Of a stretch of DNA of 64,000 bases, positions 1 to 12,536 are shown piece after piece. The first letter of the stretch is position 1, and each line of letters starts with the position of its first letter. The position numbers were made by a program, and so were the translations under genes. The DNA comes from Terriglobia bacterium (lineage in GTDB: Bacteria; Acidobacteriota; Terriglobia; 20CM-2-55-15), in the NCBI GenBank assembly GCA_965218585.1, contig CBDCLE010000019.1, positions 1 through 64,000 on the forward strand. Direction: 5' to 3'. The notes beneath the pieces were generated by a model, which ran no database searches, was not told the DNA's origin, and worked only from the letters and a program-made list of their open reading frames with translations.

Positions 1-424
1 AGTCGCTGCATCTGGTTACGCAGGCGTGTGATTTCCCCGCGGGGGCCGCCAGAATCACTGGAAATTCCCAGCTTCCGCATGAACTGGGAGAGCGAGCGGC
101 CGAGGACCAAGGTGGGAGATTGCGTCCGCACCGCCTCGGTGCAGATCCAAGCGAGCAGCAGTCGCGGAATGTTCCCGTAAGGGAGACGGTTGTTGAGTCC
201 GGCAATCATCCCAGCGTGAATGGTCCGTTGCGCCGAATGTACTGCAAGCGCTTGCCGGGGTTAGTTCTCGGCAAGCTGCACAGAGCCAGCCACCGCGACA
301 TGAAACCAAGTTTGGTGTCCGCTTCACCGGCCTCGACTAACTGGTTCACCTGATCGAGGCGGGTGTAGTGGTGGCGTGCTTGGGGCGTCACCAGAGAGAG
401 TGCGGGTTTTGATTTATGGTTCAT
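1..424 (-). CDS. repA: Plasmid replication initiator (RepA_C family); partial at window edge, one frameshift near 207
   Basis: MNHK..LCSLPRTNPG..RRNGPFTL continues in another frame as MIAGLNNRLPYGNIPRLLLAWICTEAVRT..LGRSLSQFMRKLG..RLRNQMQR, typical RepA_C motifs. Confidence 0.8.
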
Positions 425-582
425 GTCCTGGCAAGCCTCCATATCCTTATCATGTTTTACCGGCCAGATCGGGACCGTTAACCAGAGATTCTTTGCCGCG
501 TTGTATCCACGAACCAGTAGAAGCATCGCCCTGACAATCCCGGCCCGCCTCCGTTTCATCCTCCTGGCAGCGTTGTCTGGCA

Positions 583-1566
583 TCACCGCACCTGCTTCAG
601 TTCGAGCTGGGGGTCGGCGAACGCCACGGGCCTGTAGTGCCAGCGCCGCTTTGCGGTGTCGTAATCGCTCACGTGAAGGGCTTCTTCGACGTAGCGCTTC
701 CCCTCGCGCCGCGTCATGTGAATCACCATGGAGATCCCGTCCACGACACCCCGGCAGGTGACTTCCCACGGCAAGTCCGTCTCACCTTGCATGGCGCAAG
801 TCGCGAGGCGGGACAGGGCGGACTCGGCGTTGTTGGCGTGGATCGTCGTCAGGCTCCCGCCGTGCCCGGTGTTGAGCGCCTGCAGGAGATCGGCGGCCTC
901 GCCGCCCCGGACTTCGCCAACCACAATGTGGTCGGGCCGATGCCGGAGCGCGTGTTTGACGAGGTCGCGGATCGTCACCGATTTGGTGTCGATCCCCCGG
1001 GCCTCGAAGCGGACACAGTTTTTCCGGTCGATCCGGAGTTCCAGGGTGTCCTCGATGGAAACGATGCGGTCGTCCTCTGGGAGCAACTCGACCAGGGCAT
1101 TGAGCAGCGTGGTCTTCCCCGAGCCGGTCCCGCCCGACACCAGGATATTCCGCCGACCCAGGAGCGCGGCACGGGCCTCGTCCAGGACTTCCTGGGGCAG
1201 CGAGCCGAAGCGCACGAGATCGTCGGGCGAAAAGCTTCGCTTGCCGAAACGCCGGATCGTGATGGCGACGTTGGGCGCGGCCGGTGGGACACAGATCGCC
1301 ACACGGGAGCCATCGTCCAGACGGGCATCGAGGATGGGCGCTGTGGCCGGATCGAGACCCAGAGGTCGAGCAATCTGAATGGCCGCCCGATCCAGCGCGG
1401 CCTCATCGAGGGTGAGGGCAGGATGTTCCCGGATTTCACCCCGGCTTTCAACCCAGACGTTGCCCGGTCCGTTAATCATGATCTCGCTGACATCCTCATC
1501 TTCGAGGACCGATTCCAGCCCCGGCAAAAACGGGCGCAGGTAGTCCATGCCTCGGGTGCCGCTCAT
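583..1566 (-). CDS. VirB11/TrbB/CpaF-family secretion ATPase
   Basis: Walker A GGTGSGKTT, IEDTLEL, LRHRPDHIVVGEVRG, NTGHGGSLTTIHAN. Confidence 0.9.
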   Translation of the reverse strand: MSGTRGMDYLRPFLPGLESVLEDEDVSEIMINGPGNVWVESRGEIREHPALTLDEAALDRAAIQIARPLGLDPATAPILDARLDDGSRVAICVPPAAPNVAITIRRFGKRSFSPDDLVRFGSLPQEVLDEARAALLGRRNILVSGGTGSGKTTLLNALVELLPEDDRIVSIEDTLELRIDRKNCVRFEARGIDTKSVTIRDLVKHALRHRPDHIVVGEVRGGEAADLLQALNTGHGGSLTTIHANNAESALSRLATCAMQGETDLPWEVTCRGVVDGISMVIHMTRREGKRYVEEALHVSDYDTAKRRWHYRPVAFADPQLELKQVR

Positions 1567-3585
1567 ATCTTCCCCGCCTCGACGGCGCGCCAATAGGGCA
1601 TCGTCTCCGGAAGGTAGTACGGCTTGAGATAGACGCGGACGGCGCTCGCCGCGCTGGTGCCGTCATAGGGCAGGCAGATTGCCTGGCAATTGGGAAGCAG
1701 GGCAAACTCCCTGGGCTGAAACAAGGCCTCCCGCTGTTCCCGGAATGACTTGCTGGTTCCAACCGAGCCCTGGCCGCCGCCGGCCTTGCCGGACAGGAGC
1801 GACACTTCGGCTTGCCGCGTCGACTCGGTGACGGTCCAGCTCGGCTTGATTCGGGCCACCTGCCCGCAGAGTTTCGAGGCAATTTCGGCGCTGGCGTCGT
1901 CGCTGAGGGAGAGGAAGATCCGGGTACGGAGGGTCTGAAGCAGCGCCCGCCAGGCCTCGGAGGTACCCAGCACAGATCGGAGCGAGGATATGGATTGGGT
2001 GGCGACGATGGGGATGACACGGCACTGCCGGGTGAGGGCAAACGCCTTCTCGTCTCCCGAGGGGTCGTCCTCGCCGACTGAGGCGAACGATTGATATTCG
2101 TCGCAAATGAAAACAGCGGGCCGGAAGTAACGCTTGGAGTCCGCTTTCATCCGTGCCGGCCGCCGGAGCAGGGTCTGGAGCCAGGCGTTTTTGAGGAACA
2201 CGCCCACGGCGCGGGCCAGGGCCGGATTCGATCCGGCGGGCATGTTGAGCGCGAGGACTTTCCCGGTCTCGATCAGCTCGTCCAGGGGTGGAAGATGTTT
2301 CCAGGTTCCTCCGGATTCTGTCGGTTCCCACTTCGGCCTCTCGGCCGTGTCCTCCACCGGCGGTGCCTGGGGGCAGAAAATGGAGGCGACGTCCTCCATG
2401 TCAAAGAGAGAGAGGAAACTGGAAATGCCCTCGACACATGAGGTCCGCAGTTTCGGATCCAGCTTCATCCAATCGTGGTCGTACCAGATCTTCACACTTT
2501 GCCATCGCGCGAGGAGACGTTCCGGTTTGGTGTGGCTCTTGGGCACGGTGACGCGGTATGGGATCCCCTCGGTTTGCAACCATTTCTCCAACGCAGGCGT
2601 CTTGATGGCTTTACACTCCCCATCTTCAAGTTGATCCCAGTTTCCGAAGGCGAGCAGCTCTTCCTTGCTCGCTGTCCAATCGTCCGCTGAAATCACAACT
2701 TCCCCATGCAACTGGATGTAGACAACAATGCCGGCCTCATCGATTTTTTGCTGGAACAGTTCAAGGTCGATCGCGCACCGGTAGACATCCTGCAAGGTCA
2801 CCCAGCGATCGGGAAAGATCCGGTACAGCTCGATGATCCACTTCACCAGGTTCGTGTAGGCCTGTTGCCAGAACGGGTCTTTCCCCTTGCCGAACAACTG
2901 ATTCAGTAGAGAGGAAACCGTATAAGCCAGTGAGTAGGAATCGAGCCAGTGGGCGGCCAGTGGGTTCCACTGATATTTGCCGTCCAGGCTCAGCTCCATG
3001 TAATCGTCTTCCCGGCCGGCCTGTTTCAGGATCTCCCGGATGTCGTAGCAGAAATCCCCTTTGACCTCGAGGACCAGGGCAGCGGCCCGGCTCTCGGGTT
3101 TTGTGGCTTGCCAGCTGAGCAATTGCCGGGCAAACGGGTGCATGCACGCCGAGGTCTTCCCGGAGCCGACCGCCCCGAAGATGGCGATTCCGGTATAGAG
3201 GCCCCGCTCCGGGATCACGAGCCAGTCCGGGGTCGGAATCTCCCAGGCCTCAACCGGGTGATGCGTCTCCCCCGACGACGATGGCCGGTTTCTCATCCGT
3301 GTCGGCAATCGGCCATGGGGGCAGCTCACCCTTGCCCTGTTTCTTCCGTGGACCGGGTTCGAACCAGACCCGCCAGACGTCCAAAACGAGCGTGCCACCG
3401 ATAAATACAACGGTGCCGGGCATGGCGGCATACCAACCGTGGATCAGCCACAAAAGCATGGGCGCATCGAGGGCCATCAGCGCGACGACGGGATTTTCAG
3501 ATCCGGGGGGAAACGGGCTCCACACATACCGGCCCGTCGAGGCGGCCACCGCCAGGACAAAGAGGACAATATGACTCCATCTCAT
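1563..3585 (-). CDS. VirD4/TraD-like type IV coupling protein; frameshift near 3270
   Basis: N-terminal TM segments (3250-3585 ORF) join the ORF with GAVGSGKTS, LEVKGD, ICDEYQ, VATQS at a G homopolymer. Confidence 0.8.
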
Positions 3586-3630
3586 TGGCCTTTACGTCTC
3601 CAGACTTCAAGCCTTCCTGCAAGGATCGCT

Positions 3631-3880
3631 GTGGCGGGAGCGACCCCCATTGGGGAGGAAGGCACCGGCCCCCGTGATGCGAAATAGCACGGGGGTCCGG
3701 AGCCGAGTGGAATGCGAAAACGGGGGGGGTCGCTCCCGCCACTCCGCCCCCTTCCAGAGCGGCTCTGAACCGAAGCGTTCGAAAGAGCTATCCACGAGTG
3801 AATGCAGGGGATAGGGAGCGTTTCCGCATACAAAGTCTGCGAAATAGCCATGCGAAAAAGTACCCGCTTTGTTTTTCGCA
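3631..3880. promoter_or_regulatory. Nested inverted repeats and repeated TGCGAAA boxes upstream of the coupling-protein operon
   Basis: GTGGCGGGAGCGACCCCC (3631-3648) pairs with 3725-3742; inner hairpin ~3665-3700; TGCGAAA near 3678, 3713, 3838, 3851 and inverted at ~3874. Confidence 0.5.
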
Positions 3881-3964
3881 CGCTGGCTCGGTGTTAATTT
3901 GCACGGAAAAGTGATCCGGGTTTTGCATTGAAAATTGACCCGGGTTAGAGAGCCGGATTATGGC

Positions 3965-4739
3965 TCATGGGTTGGGGTTTTTCCGGGGTTTAGTCTCCTT
4001 TGTGTGTGTGGAACTGTTTCTAAAACGGTAACTGTCATTGCCGGTTTCGACGATGTGGCAATGGTGGGTGAGGCGGTCGAGCAGCGCGGCGGTCATCTTC
4101 GTGTCGTTGAAGACCCGGGGCCATTCACCGAAGGCAAGGTTGGTGGTGAGGACCCTGCGGGTGCGCTCGTAGAGTTTGCTCAGCAGGTGGAACAGCAAGG
4201 GCGCCGCCGGCCTGCGAGAACGGCAGATAGCCGAGTTCATCGAGAATGACCAAATCGACTTGCAGGAGCCGGTTGGCGATCTGCCCAGTCTTACCCTTGG
4301 CTTTCTCCTGTTCCAGCGTGTTGACGAGTTCGATAGTGGAGAAGAACCGGACTCTGAGGCGATGGTGAGTGATGGCCTGCACGCCGATGGCCGTGGCGAG
4401 ATGGGTCTTGCCGGTGCCCGGTCCGCCGATCATCACGATGTTGTGAGCGTCGGCGACGAAGTCACATCGATACAGTGAGCTGAGCAGTGCCTCATCAACG
4501 GGGCTTTCATTGAAGTCGAAGTTGGAGAGGTCGCGATAGGCTGGGAAGCGGGCGGTCCTCATCTGGTAGTTGATGGAGCGGACCTCGCGCTCGGCGACCT
4601 CGGCCTCGGTTAAGGTGTGGAGCATGGGCTCTATGTTTGAGAAAGCCGGAGCGCCTTGCCGCGCGAGTTCATCGACCGCTTGCGCCATGCCATGGAGTTT
4701 GAGCGACCTCAGCGCGCTGACCAGAGATTCAGATGACAT
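3965..4739 (-). CDS. istB: IS21 helper ATPase IstB; frameshift near 4200
   Basis: [40 protein letters not shown]. Confidence 0.9.
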
Positions 4740-6178
4740 GGCCATCTCCTCTCAAGCGGTCGTAGCGATGAACATCGGCCTTCGGTTCATTGAGCAGTGT
4801 CAACGCATCGGGTATATCGATGAGGCTGGGCGGCGAGGCTTCCAGTAACCGGCTCAAGATATTGAGCACATGTTGCTTGGAGGCGGCCCCGGCTGCGAGT
4901 GCGATCTCGGCGGCACGCAGCACCGCCGGCTCATCGTGGTGCAGCACCAGCGCCAGGATCTCCACCATCTCCCGGTCCCCGCCAGGTCGCTTGAGCCGCG
5001 CCGCCTGGAGGCGCTTGAAAGGTTGGGGAAGCTCGGCGAAGGGAGCGCCGTTCCTCAACGCGCCCGGTTTTCGTTGGAGGACGCTCAGGTAGTGGCGCCA
5101 GTCGTAGACGGTTCGCCCTGACCGGCAGTCGCGCCCGCGCGCGATCACCCGCGGATGCTCAGCGATGACCTGGCCTTCGGCGGCAATCACGATGCGTTCG
5201 GCGTAGACGCGGACACTGACCGGCCGGTTGGCAAACGCGGCCGGCACGCTGTAGCGATTACGCGCGAAGGCGATAAGGCAGGCCGGAGAAACACGCTTGG
5301 TGTGCTCGACAAAGCCATCGAACGGCGTCGGCATGCGCATCAGATGCGCGTGCTCATCGGCCCAGACCTCGGCGACTGTACGCTGGGGCTGCTCCGGGTG
5401 ATGGATCTCGTCCCAGAGACCCCGGCATCGCCGCTCAAGCCACACGTTCACGTCACGGAAGCCAGCAAACTCAGGCGCGTCATGGAACAGACGGGGCCGC
5501 GCGTCCCGGACGTTCTTCTCGATCTGGCCTTTCTCCCATCCGGCGCCAGGCGTGCAGAACTCCGCTTCGAACAGGAAATGGCTCACCATCGCCTTGAACC
5601 GGGCGTTGACCACCCGGGCCTTCCCTCGGCCCACTCGGTCCACCGCTGTCTTCATGTTGTCGTAGATGCCCCGCCGGGGCACACCGCCCAACGCCGCCAG
5701 ACAATAGTTGTGGGCGTCGAACAGCATCTCGTGGGACTGTAGCGGATAAGCCCGCAGCATGAACGCCCGGCTGTGGCAGAGTTTGAACTGCGCCACCATC
5801 AGCTTCGTGCGTTCACCGCCGATGACCACCCAGTCCTCGCTCCAGTCGAACTGGAACGCTTCGCCGGGCGCAAACACCACGGTCATAGGACCCCGTGTAG
5901 CCAAGCTTCATCAACTCGCCGTGCAGCTGCTTGAGATTACGCCGCTCCTTGCGACCCCGGGCCGATTCCCGCTTCAGCCACGACGCCAGCAACTCGGCGT
6001 AGCCGTCCACTTTGCTCCGGCTCCTGCGCTTCGGATAGACCGCCTCCAGAGCGCCGTTCGCCAAGTGCTTCCGGATCGTATTACGCGACAGCTTCGTTCG
6101 CCTGCTGATCTCTCGAATCGATACGCCCTCTCGTACATGCCAGCGTCTGATCACACTCAATATCGCCACGTCTATCAC
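4729..6178 (-). CDS. istA: IS21 transposase IstA; frameshift near 5890
   Basis: N-terminal HTH SIREISRRTKLSRNTIRK; FQFDWSED, YDNMKTAV, WEKGQIE. Confidence 0.9.
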
Positions 6179-6352
6179 TCCTTTGCCCTCCTGCTCTGTT
6201 AATCGGCAGGAATGGGTATACACGTGGGTCAAATTTCGATGCAAATACCCGCTTTAAGTGGATCAGTTTTGGGTGCAAATCAACATCGTTGACACTCGGG
6301 CCCTTTAAGGAATAGGTTTGCACTGACATTCCCAGATTCAGTAGGAGGAAGC

Positions 6353-8384
6353 ATGCGTCGCTCTTTACCCGTATTTCTAGCGCTGGTGTTGCTGACCGTT
6401 TCGACTGCGTCAGCTGAAGTCGTTCGCATCGAAGTGGATTCGAGGGCAGATCTGGCCGGCGGAAAGGCCTATGGCCTGGCCGGTGCGTACGAAAAGCTGG
6501 TGGGTACCATCTACTTCGAGGTCGACCCGGCCAATTCGGCCAACCAGATCATTGCCGATATCGACCTGGCACCTCGAAACGCGCGTGGGAAGGTCGAATT
6601 TCACTCCGACTTCTTTCTCATCAAACCGAAAGACGTCACACGCGGGAACGGTACTCTTCTCTATGAAGTCTCGAACCGGGGTGGAAAGGGTCTATTGCGA
6701 TACTTCAACCGGGGAGAGGGAAGCGTCGATCCTCGGACCGAGGCCCACCTGGGCGACGGCTTTTTGATGGAGCAAGGTCTTACGTTGCTCTGGCTGGGTT
6801 GGCAGTTCGATCCCCCGTTCCGAGACGGACTGGTTCGTGTCTACCCTCCGATCGCTACCGATGAGGGTGAAACCGTTGAAGGCCTTGTCCGAAGCGAGAT
6901 CGTCGTCAACCAGAGGGTATTCGATGCATCGCTGGCCGACCGCAACCACATTCCATATCTCGTATCAAACCCGGGTGACCCTGATCACGAGATGACGGTT
7001 CGCGATTCGGTCGAGGGACCGCGCCGGGTCGTGCCTCGTGATCAGTGGCAATTCGCGAGACTTGCTGATGGCAGGGCCGTTCCGGATCGAGGGCGCGTAT
7101 ACCTTGAAGGCGGATTCGAGCCCCACAAGCTCTATGACGTCGTCTACACCTCACAGGATCCACCGCTCGTCGGCCTGGGTTCTGCCGCGATCCGCGACGC
7201 CATATCACATCTGAAATATGTTTCCGCTGAAGAACTCTCTATTCCGGAAAACACGATCGATACAGCCCTGGCCTTCGGCACCTCTCAGAGCGGCCGTTTT
7301 CTACGAACGTTTCTTTACTACGGATTCAACGAAGACGAAGGGCACCGCAAGGCCTTTGACGGTGTGATTGCACACGTAGCCGGAGGTGGGGCGCGGAAGT
7401 TTCAACCATCGGTTCGCGCAACCTTCCCGCGACGGACACCCTTTCCTGAACAAGCTCTACCCAAGCGACATCTTCCCCTTCACCGACGTCGAGCAGAACG
7501 ATCCGGAAACAGGCATCCGGGATGGTCTCTTGTTATCTGTTGAACCTCAGTTTCTGCCCAAGGTTTTCTACACGAACTCTTCGTACGAATACTGGGGTCG
7601 GGCGGCATCGCTGATCCATACGACCATCGACGGCCTGGAAGACATACCGCTGATGGAGAATGTCCGGATCTATTCGTTTGCCGGTGGCCAGCACGGTCCC
7701 GGACGATTCCCGCCCGTGCAGACGAGCGGGCAGCAGTTGAGCAATCCCAATGACTATTCCTGGTTCATGCGTGGTCTTCTAGTTGCGATGGACAAGTGGA
7801 CGCGGGAAGGATCGCTTCCACCAGCGAGCAGCTATCCGCGCATCACCGAGGACGAACTCGTGCTGCCAGCCCAGTTGAACTTTCCCGACCTACCCGGTGT
7901 CGGTCAACCTGCCGCTCCTCACGGTGCCTATCGCGTCGATTATGGGCCTGAGTTTCGAACGAAAGGTATCGTCACGGTGGAGCCGCCGGAGGTCCTGTCC
8001 GGCTTTCCCGTGATGGTTCCCAGAGTCGATGTGGACGGCAACGAGTTCGGTGGTCTGAAAATGCCCGAGGTAGCCGTACCGGTGGCAACTTACACCGGCT
8101 GGAATCTGTTTCGTGCGGAATCGGGACCGGAGAATGTGTTGTCCAGCATGCAGGGGTCTTACATCCCGTTCGCTCTCACACGCGAACAGCGCATGCGCGA
8201 TGGTGACCCGAGGCCGTCGATCCAGGAACGCTACCAGGGCCGGGAGCATTACGTAGGCCTCGTCGCCGAGGCGGCGATCGATCTGATCGGCGAGGGTTAC
8301 CTTCTCGAGGGAGATCTTGGGCAGATCCTGGGCCGGACCCGAGAGCACTGGGATTACCTCATGCAGGAGGGAGAGGCGCGCTAG
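6353..8384 (+). CDS. Secreted alpha/beta-hydrolase-domain protein; frameshift near 7390
   Basis: Signal peptide, EVSNRGG, GWQFD, GTSQSGRFLR, SSYEYWGR, GGQHG; SD AGGAGG. Confidence 0.8.
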
Positions 8385-8402
8385 CAGCTTACCCGGCACG
8401 CG

Positions 8403-9628
8403 CTAGGGAACTGGTACCGGAACGCTTTCGAGTTGTCGGCCGAACTGGTCCGGGTCGTAGCGGGACGTGGATTCGAGAAGGTTGAAGAGTTCATCGATCG
8501 GGCTCAGAGCACCGCCCGTCTCTTCCGCGTTGCGCTGATAGGAAGTCCAGAGCGCTTCGATCGCCATTGCCGCCTGCTCGGCAGAGTGGAGTCCGGAACT
8601 CGCTATTGACGGCCCGCCCGAGGCGATTCGGGCGGTGATCTCGCTCAGAGTCTGAGCATCGTATTCGAAAGCGGTCAGGGTCGGCAGTAGGCGATCGGTC
8701 AAGTCCGCAATCTCCTGGGCAGTTTCGGCGACTTCGGTCCGATTCTGAAGCGAGCGGAGTTGTGCCCCCAGGTCTGCCACCAACCGATCGAGCTCCTGGG
8801 TCGATCCCGGGACCAGAACCGGGAGCGATTGCCGGAAAACGACATACCTTGACGAGTCCCAAGGAGGGATTCCCGCCGCCCGGGCTTCACGACCCGGATT
8901 TCCCTCAGACGAGGACAAGTTGTGATGACAGGAGAAGCATTCGAAATCGGCGAACTCGGGCCAGCGTTCCGCCCCGCGTGCCCTTCGTTCCAATTGGAGC
9001 ATCGATTCCCGCAAGGCGAGGGCCTGTCCCACCGCCCACTGTCGCGCTTCCAGCCATTCCTCCTCATCAGTGCGCCAGTGGGTGGGCATAAGGGCCGTCA
9101 TTGTGTCCAGCTCGAACCGAAGATCTGGATGACCGGCCGCTATGAGTTCGTGATCGGCTGTCTTACTCGCGTTGCCCAAGTGGCAGCTCAAACAGAGTTC
9201 TGTTCTCGGCACGAGGTCCCTGGAGTCGGACATCCCCACCCTGTCGCGATCCCCATCGGCAACCACGTGGGAACCTAGCCATTCGGAGGCCGCAGGAATG
9301 GCAATCCAGGCAAACGTTGGCTTCGTGCGCTTCCTCTATATTCAGATTGCGGGCGATGAGTCGTGAGTCCTCAGACAGCAGGACCTCGTAGGCTTCCGCG
9401 TGCTTGTCGTTTTCAATCCACGTCGTGAATGCGTTCTGTTCGATGGCGCCGTTTGTGACCGGCGAAGGACTCCCGTTGACAGCCGGACGATGCGCAGGAC
9501 AATGCTCCCAGAACAATGGTGGGCCGTTGTTCTCCAGTGGGGGCTTCTGCGATTTCCTGCGGGCCGGCGGATACGACGAGCCTGATTGCGGCAAAGGAAA
9601 CCAGCGCAACGAGCGTCGGCCAACCCAC
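8403..9628 (-). CDS. Multiheme cytochrome c (c554-like), frameshifted, start approximate
   Basis: CASSGC, CLDCH, CLSCH, HELIAAGHP, CFSCHH; paralog of the next gene. Confidence 0.75.
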
Positions 9629-9651
9629 GGATCCGGTTCTGAAGTTAGAAG

Positions 9652-11035
9652 TCAGCGTTCACCTCCTAGGAGCGGGGACTGGGACTGGGCCGGTCTTCCC
9701 ACGCGGCCCAACTCCTCGGAAAAATGCTGCGGACTGAACTCCTCAAGTGACGCATGGAGTTGCCCTATTCGCGTCTCCATATCAGGATCCGAAGTTTCTG
9801 TCGAAGAACGAAAAGAAGCGTAGAGCGACTCAACAGCCAGCGTTGCCTGCTCGGCGGAGCGAATCCCGACCTGGGCGATCCTCTCCGAGTCATTCGATAT
9901 GGCTCCAATAATCTCGGACACCAGACGACGATCGAGTTCGATGGTCGAGAAGCGCGAGACCAGCCGGTCTAACGTCCGGGAAATCCGCTCCACCTCTTCG
10001 ATCAGATTGTTTTCAACCGCCAAATCTTCCAGAGCGGTCATCAATTCCCCCGTCTCCGTGCCAAGCGAATCCGATTCGTCCGCGAGGACGATAGACCCCA
10101 CCTGACGCCAGACGATGTAGGCCGAAGGGTCGAGCAGGGGGAGGCCGGGCCGTCCCGGGTAGCCCCTCTCCTGACGCGGACTGGGGAGGAACAGGCTGTG
10201 GTGGCAGGAACTGCATTCAAGGTCTGCGAAGTCCACACCGTACCAGTGACTCGGGTCGTATCGGCGCTGCAGTTGATCGAGTGTTTCCTTCAGCGTCAAT
10301 GCCTGCCCTATCATCCAGAGACGTGCGCCTTCCCAGTCCTGGGAATCCTCTTGCCAGTGGCGCGGCATCCGCTCGGAAAGGGCTTCGACCTCGAATACGA
10401 GATCGGGGTGTCCGGCAGCGATCAGCTCGTGGTCTACGTTTGCCCGAGGGCTACCCACGTGGCAGGAGATGCAGATCTCGGTCCGGCGTACCAGATTTTT
10501 TGTGTCGAACATTCCGTCATCCAGAGACTGGGAGCGTGCGCGGCCTTGGGTGTAATGCAAATCGACCCAACCGGAGGCCGGACCATGGCACGCTTCGCAG
10601 GAAACCCCCTCGGAAATGTCGAAGTTGGCCTCTTGATTGTCCGGATTGATGGCGTGGCAGGCGAGACAACGATCCTCTTCCCACGGGATTCCCGAGTCCC
10701 AGCCTTTGTCCCATCGCCTGGGAGTTCTCGTTGTAAAGCAGAAGGAAGGCGTTGGAGTGCTTATCCTCCCCGGCCCAGGTCTGGTACTCGTTCTGCCATA
10801 TCGAATCGCCCGGGGCCCTGTCGTTCCGACCGTGACAGGCTGAGGCTGAACAACCCCGCAGACCCACGTAGGGAATGGATGTCCCGATCTCCGGGGGAGA
10901 AGTGAACTCCTGAACCGGCGCAGTGAATGTGCGTGGTGTTTGGGCCGCACCGTTCCCCAATCCTGGGTTGAGAGTCAACGCGACTAGGATGCAAGCGAGA
11001 GCAGTACTGACCAGCATCTTGCTGGAAAACGCCAA
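9652..11035 (-). CDS. Multiheme cytochrome c (c554-like), frameshifted near 10700-10870
   Basis: Signal peptide; CSASACH, CLACH, CEACH, CISCH, CSSCHH; SD GAGGAGG before TTG. Confidence 0.8.
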
Positions 11036-11163
11036 GGACTACCTCCTCAGGCACGATCGGGAAAGGTCACAAGCGCCGGATATCAAGGACCGACCTTAAG
11101 TGTTGAAGTTCGGAGAAGTCAATCAGGAATCCGGCCGTTGATCGGCCTGGAAAACAAGTCTCC

Positions 11164-12362
11164 TCAATCGTTGGGTTTCTCCCATCCTCGCTCGAAATGC
11201 TCTGCCCAGTTCTGGGCCCACGGCCGTCCGAAGTAATCCACATAACCTGGGTCAGTAAAGAGGAGCTGGGTCGGCCGACCGTCAGGGCCGTTGACGATCG
11301 TACTTGCCATCCGGCACTGTTTTACGACATATCGATTGTTTGCATCGTCAGGCTTCGAAGCGCTTGACCCAGGGTGTAACCGTATGCAGGGGCTGGGCGA
11401 AAGCCAGAGAATCGTAGAAGGTTGCTTCCACCGTCAAGCTACCATCTGCGTTGGGCCTGAACACTTCGATCGCTTCGAACTCATCGCTGAATTCGGACAT
11501 GGAGTGGGACAGCTTCCATCCCTGGACGTTCGCCGTCCAGGCGACGAGCGTATCGCCGTTCCAGAATCCGATGGTTTCACCGTACCATTGCCGAACCTGC
11601 TGGACGTGCTCGCGGCCAATGAGGACCTTGCGCAACAAGTTGTCAGCAGTCCCGCTCAGGAGCTGGACTTGATAAGGCGTCATGATGAGTTCGATGCCTC
11701 CGCCAAGTGTGGCCTGTCCCCACCAGCGCCAAAGTCCTTCCGGATAACAGAATGCGGACATCCACTGGGGTGAATTACTCACGCCTTCGTGATAGTTCTC
11801 CTGAGCCATGTACTCCTGATACTGAGGGGTCAGGACGGACAACATCGTGGAGGACTGCAGATTTCGTCCGTAGACCCACTGCTCGTCCGCAGCTCCCCGG
11901 GTGTAGTTGCCGTCCCATTCAGGCATCGTCTGCCGTGTGTGAATGGTCGGGCCTCCCGCCTCCTCGGCTTCAGCCAGCAACGCGTTGTAATGTTCTTCGG
12001 CAGTCTGGTAGTCGTACGGGCTGACAATGTCGGCGATGTCGCGGTCAAGATTGCAGTCTCCCCATCCGCCAACCCGCGTTTTCCCCTCCACATGTCGGTC
12101 AGCTGGCGCGGGGTATTGCACCGGGTGTAGCGTGGATCCGTCCAAACCGCCTCGTCCATGTAGAAAATTCTCGGTGTTGAACATGTCCACCGGCAGCGGC
12201 TCGATTCCCGGTGGTGGCGTCGGTCCCACGAAACCTCCCTGGATCAACGGCGCGTTGTCTTCCAACTGAGGATCCTGTTGGGCTTGCTGCGCGTCTGCGG
12301 ACACCCGTCATGCCGACAATCATTGAGATGAGAGCGATCGAGATCAAGATGATGCGTGACAT
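11164..12362 (-). CDS. Secreted hypothetical protein, paralog 1; several frameshifts
   Basis: Signal peptide; YTRCNTPRQLTDMW, FCYPEGLWRWW, WYGETIGFWNGDTL; C-terminus near-identical to paralog at 13057-14274. Confidence 0.75.
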
Positions 12363-12422
12363 ATCTATCCGACTCCTTCTTGTTCCGACGAGGCGATTCG
12401 AGTTTAGGTAACGCTTGGACCG

Positions 12423-12451
12423 ATGGTATGCGGAGTGAGGGCGGTGGTCAA
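12423..12451 (-). promoter_or_regulatory. Sigma70-like promoter TTGACC-N17-TACCAT
   Basis: Identical hexamers and spacing upstream of both paralogs. Confidence 0.6.
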
Positions 12452-12536
12452 GAAGTGGGGTTTAGAGAACGGCGAAGCGATGAAAGAGGGATCGGTGTTA
12501 CCCGCGGCTCTGCCGCGGGTAACGGGGAATGCTGGA

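Larger units (their letters stand above)
3892..6285 (-). mobile_element. IS21-family insertion sequence
   Basis: TG...CA ends, IRs TGTTAATTTGCACGGAAAAGTGATCC / TGTTGATTTGCACCCAAAACTGATCC with a second internal repeat; istA-istB; no target duplication seen. Confidence 0.92.

Noticed and set aside
200-212. TGA in repA as selenocysteine
   Set aside because: Homology continues in a different frame, so this is an indel.
3861-6255. TACCCGCTTT present both outside the left end and inside the right end of IS21
   Set aside because: Not positioned as a target duplication; probably chance.
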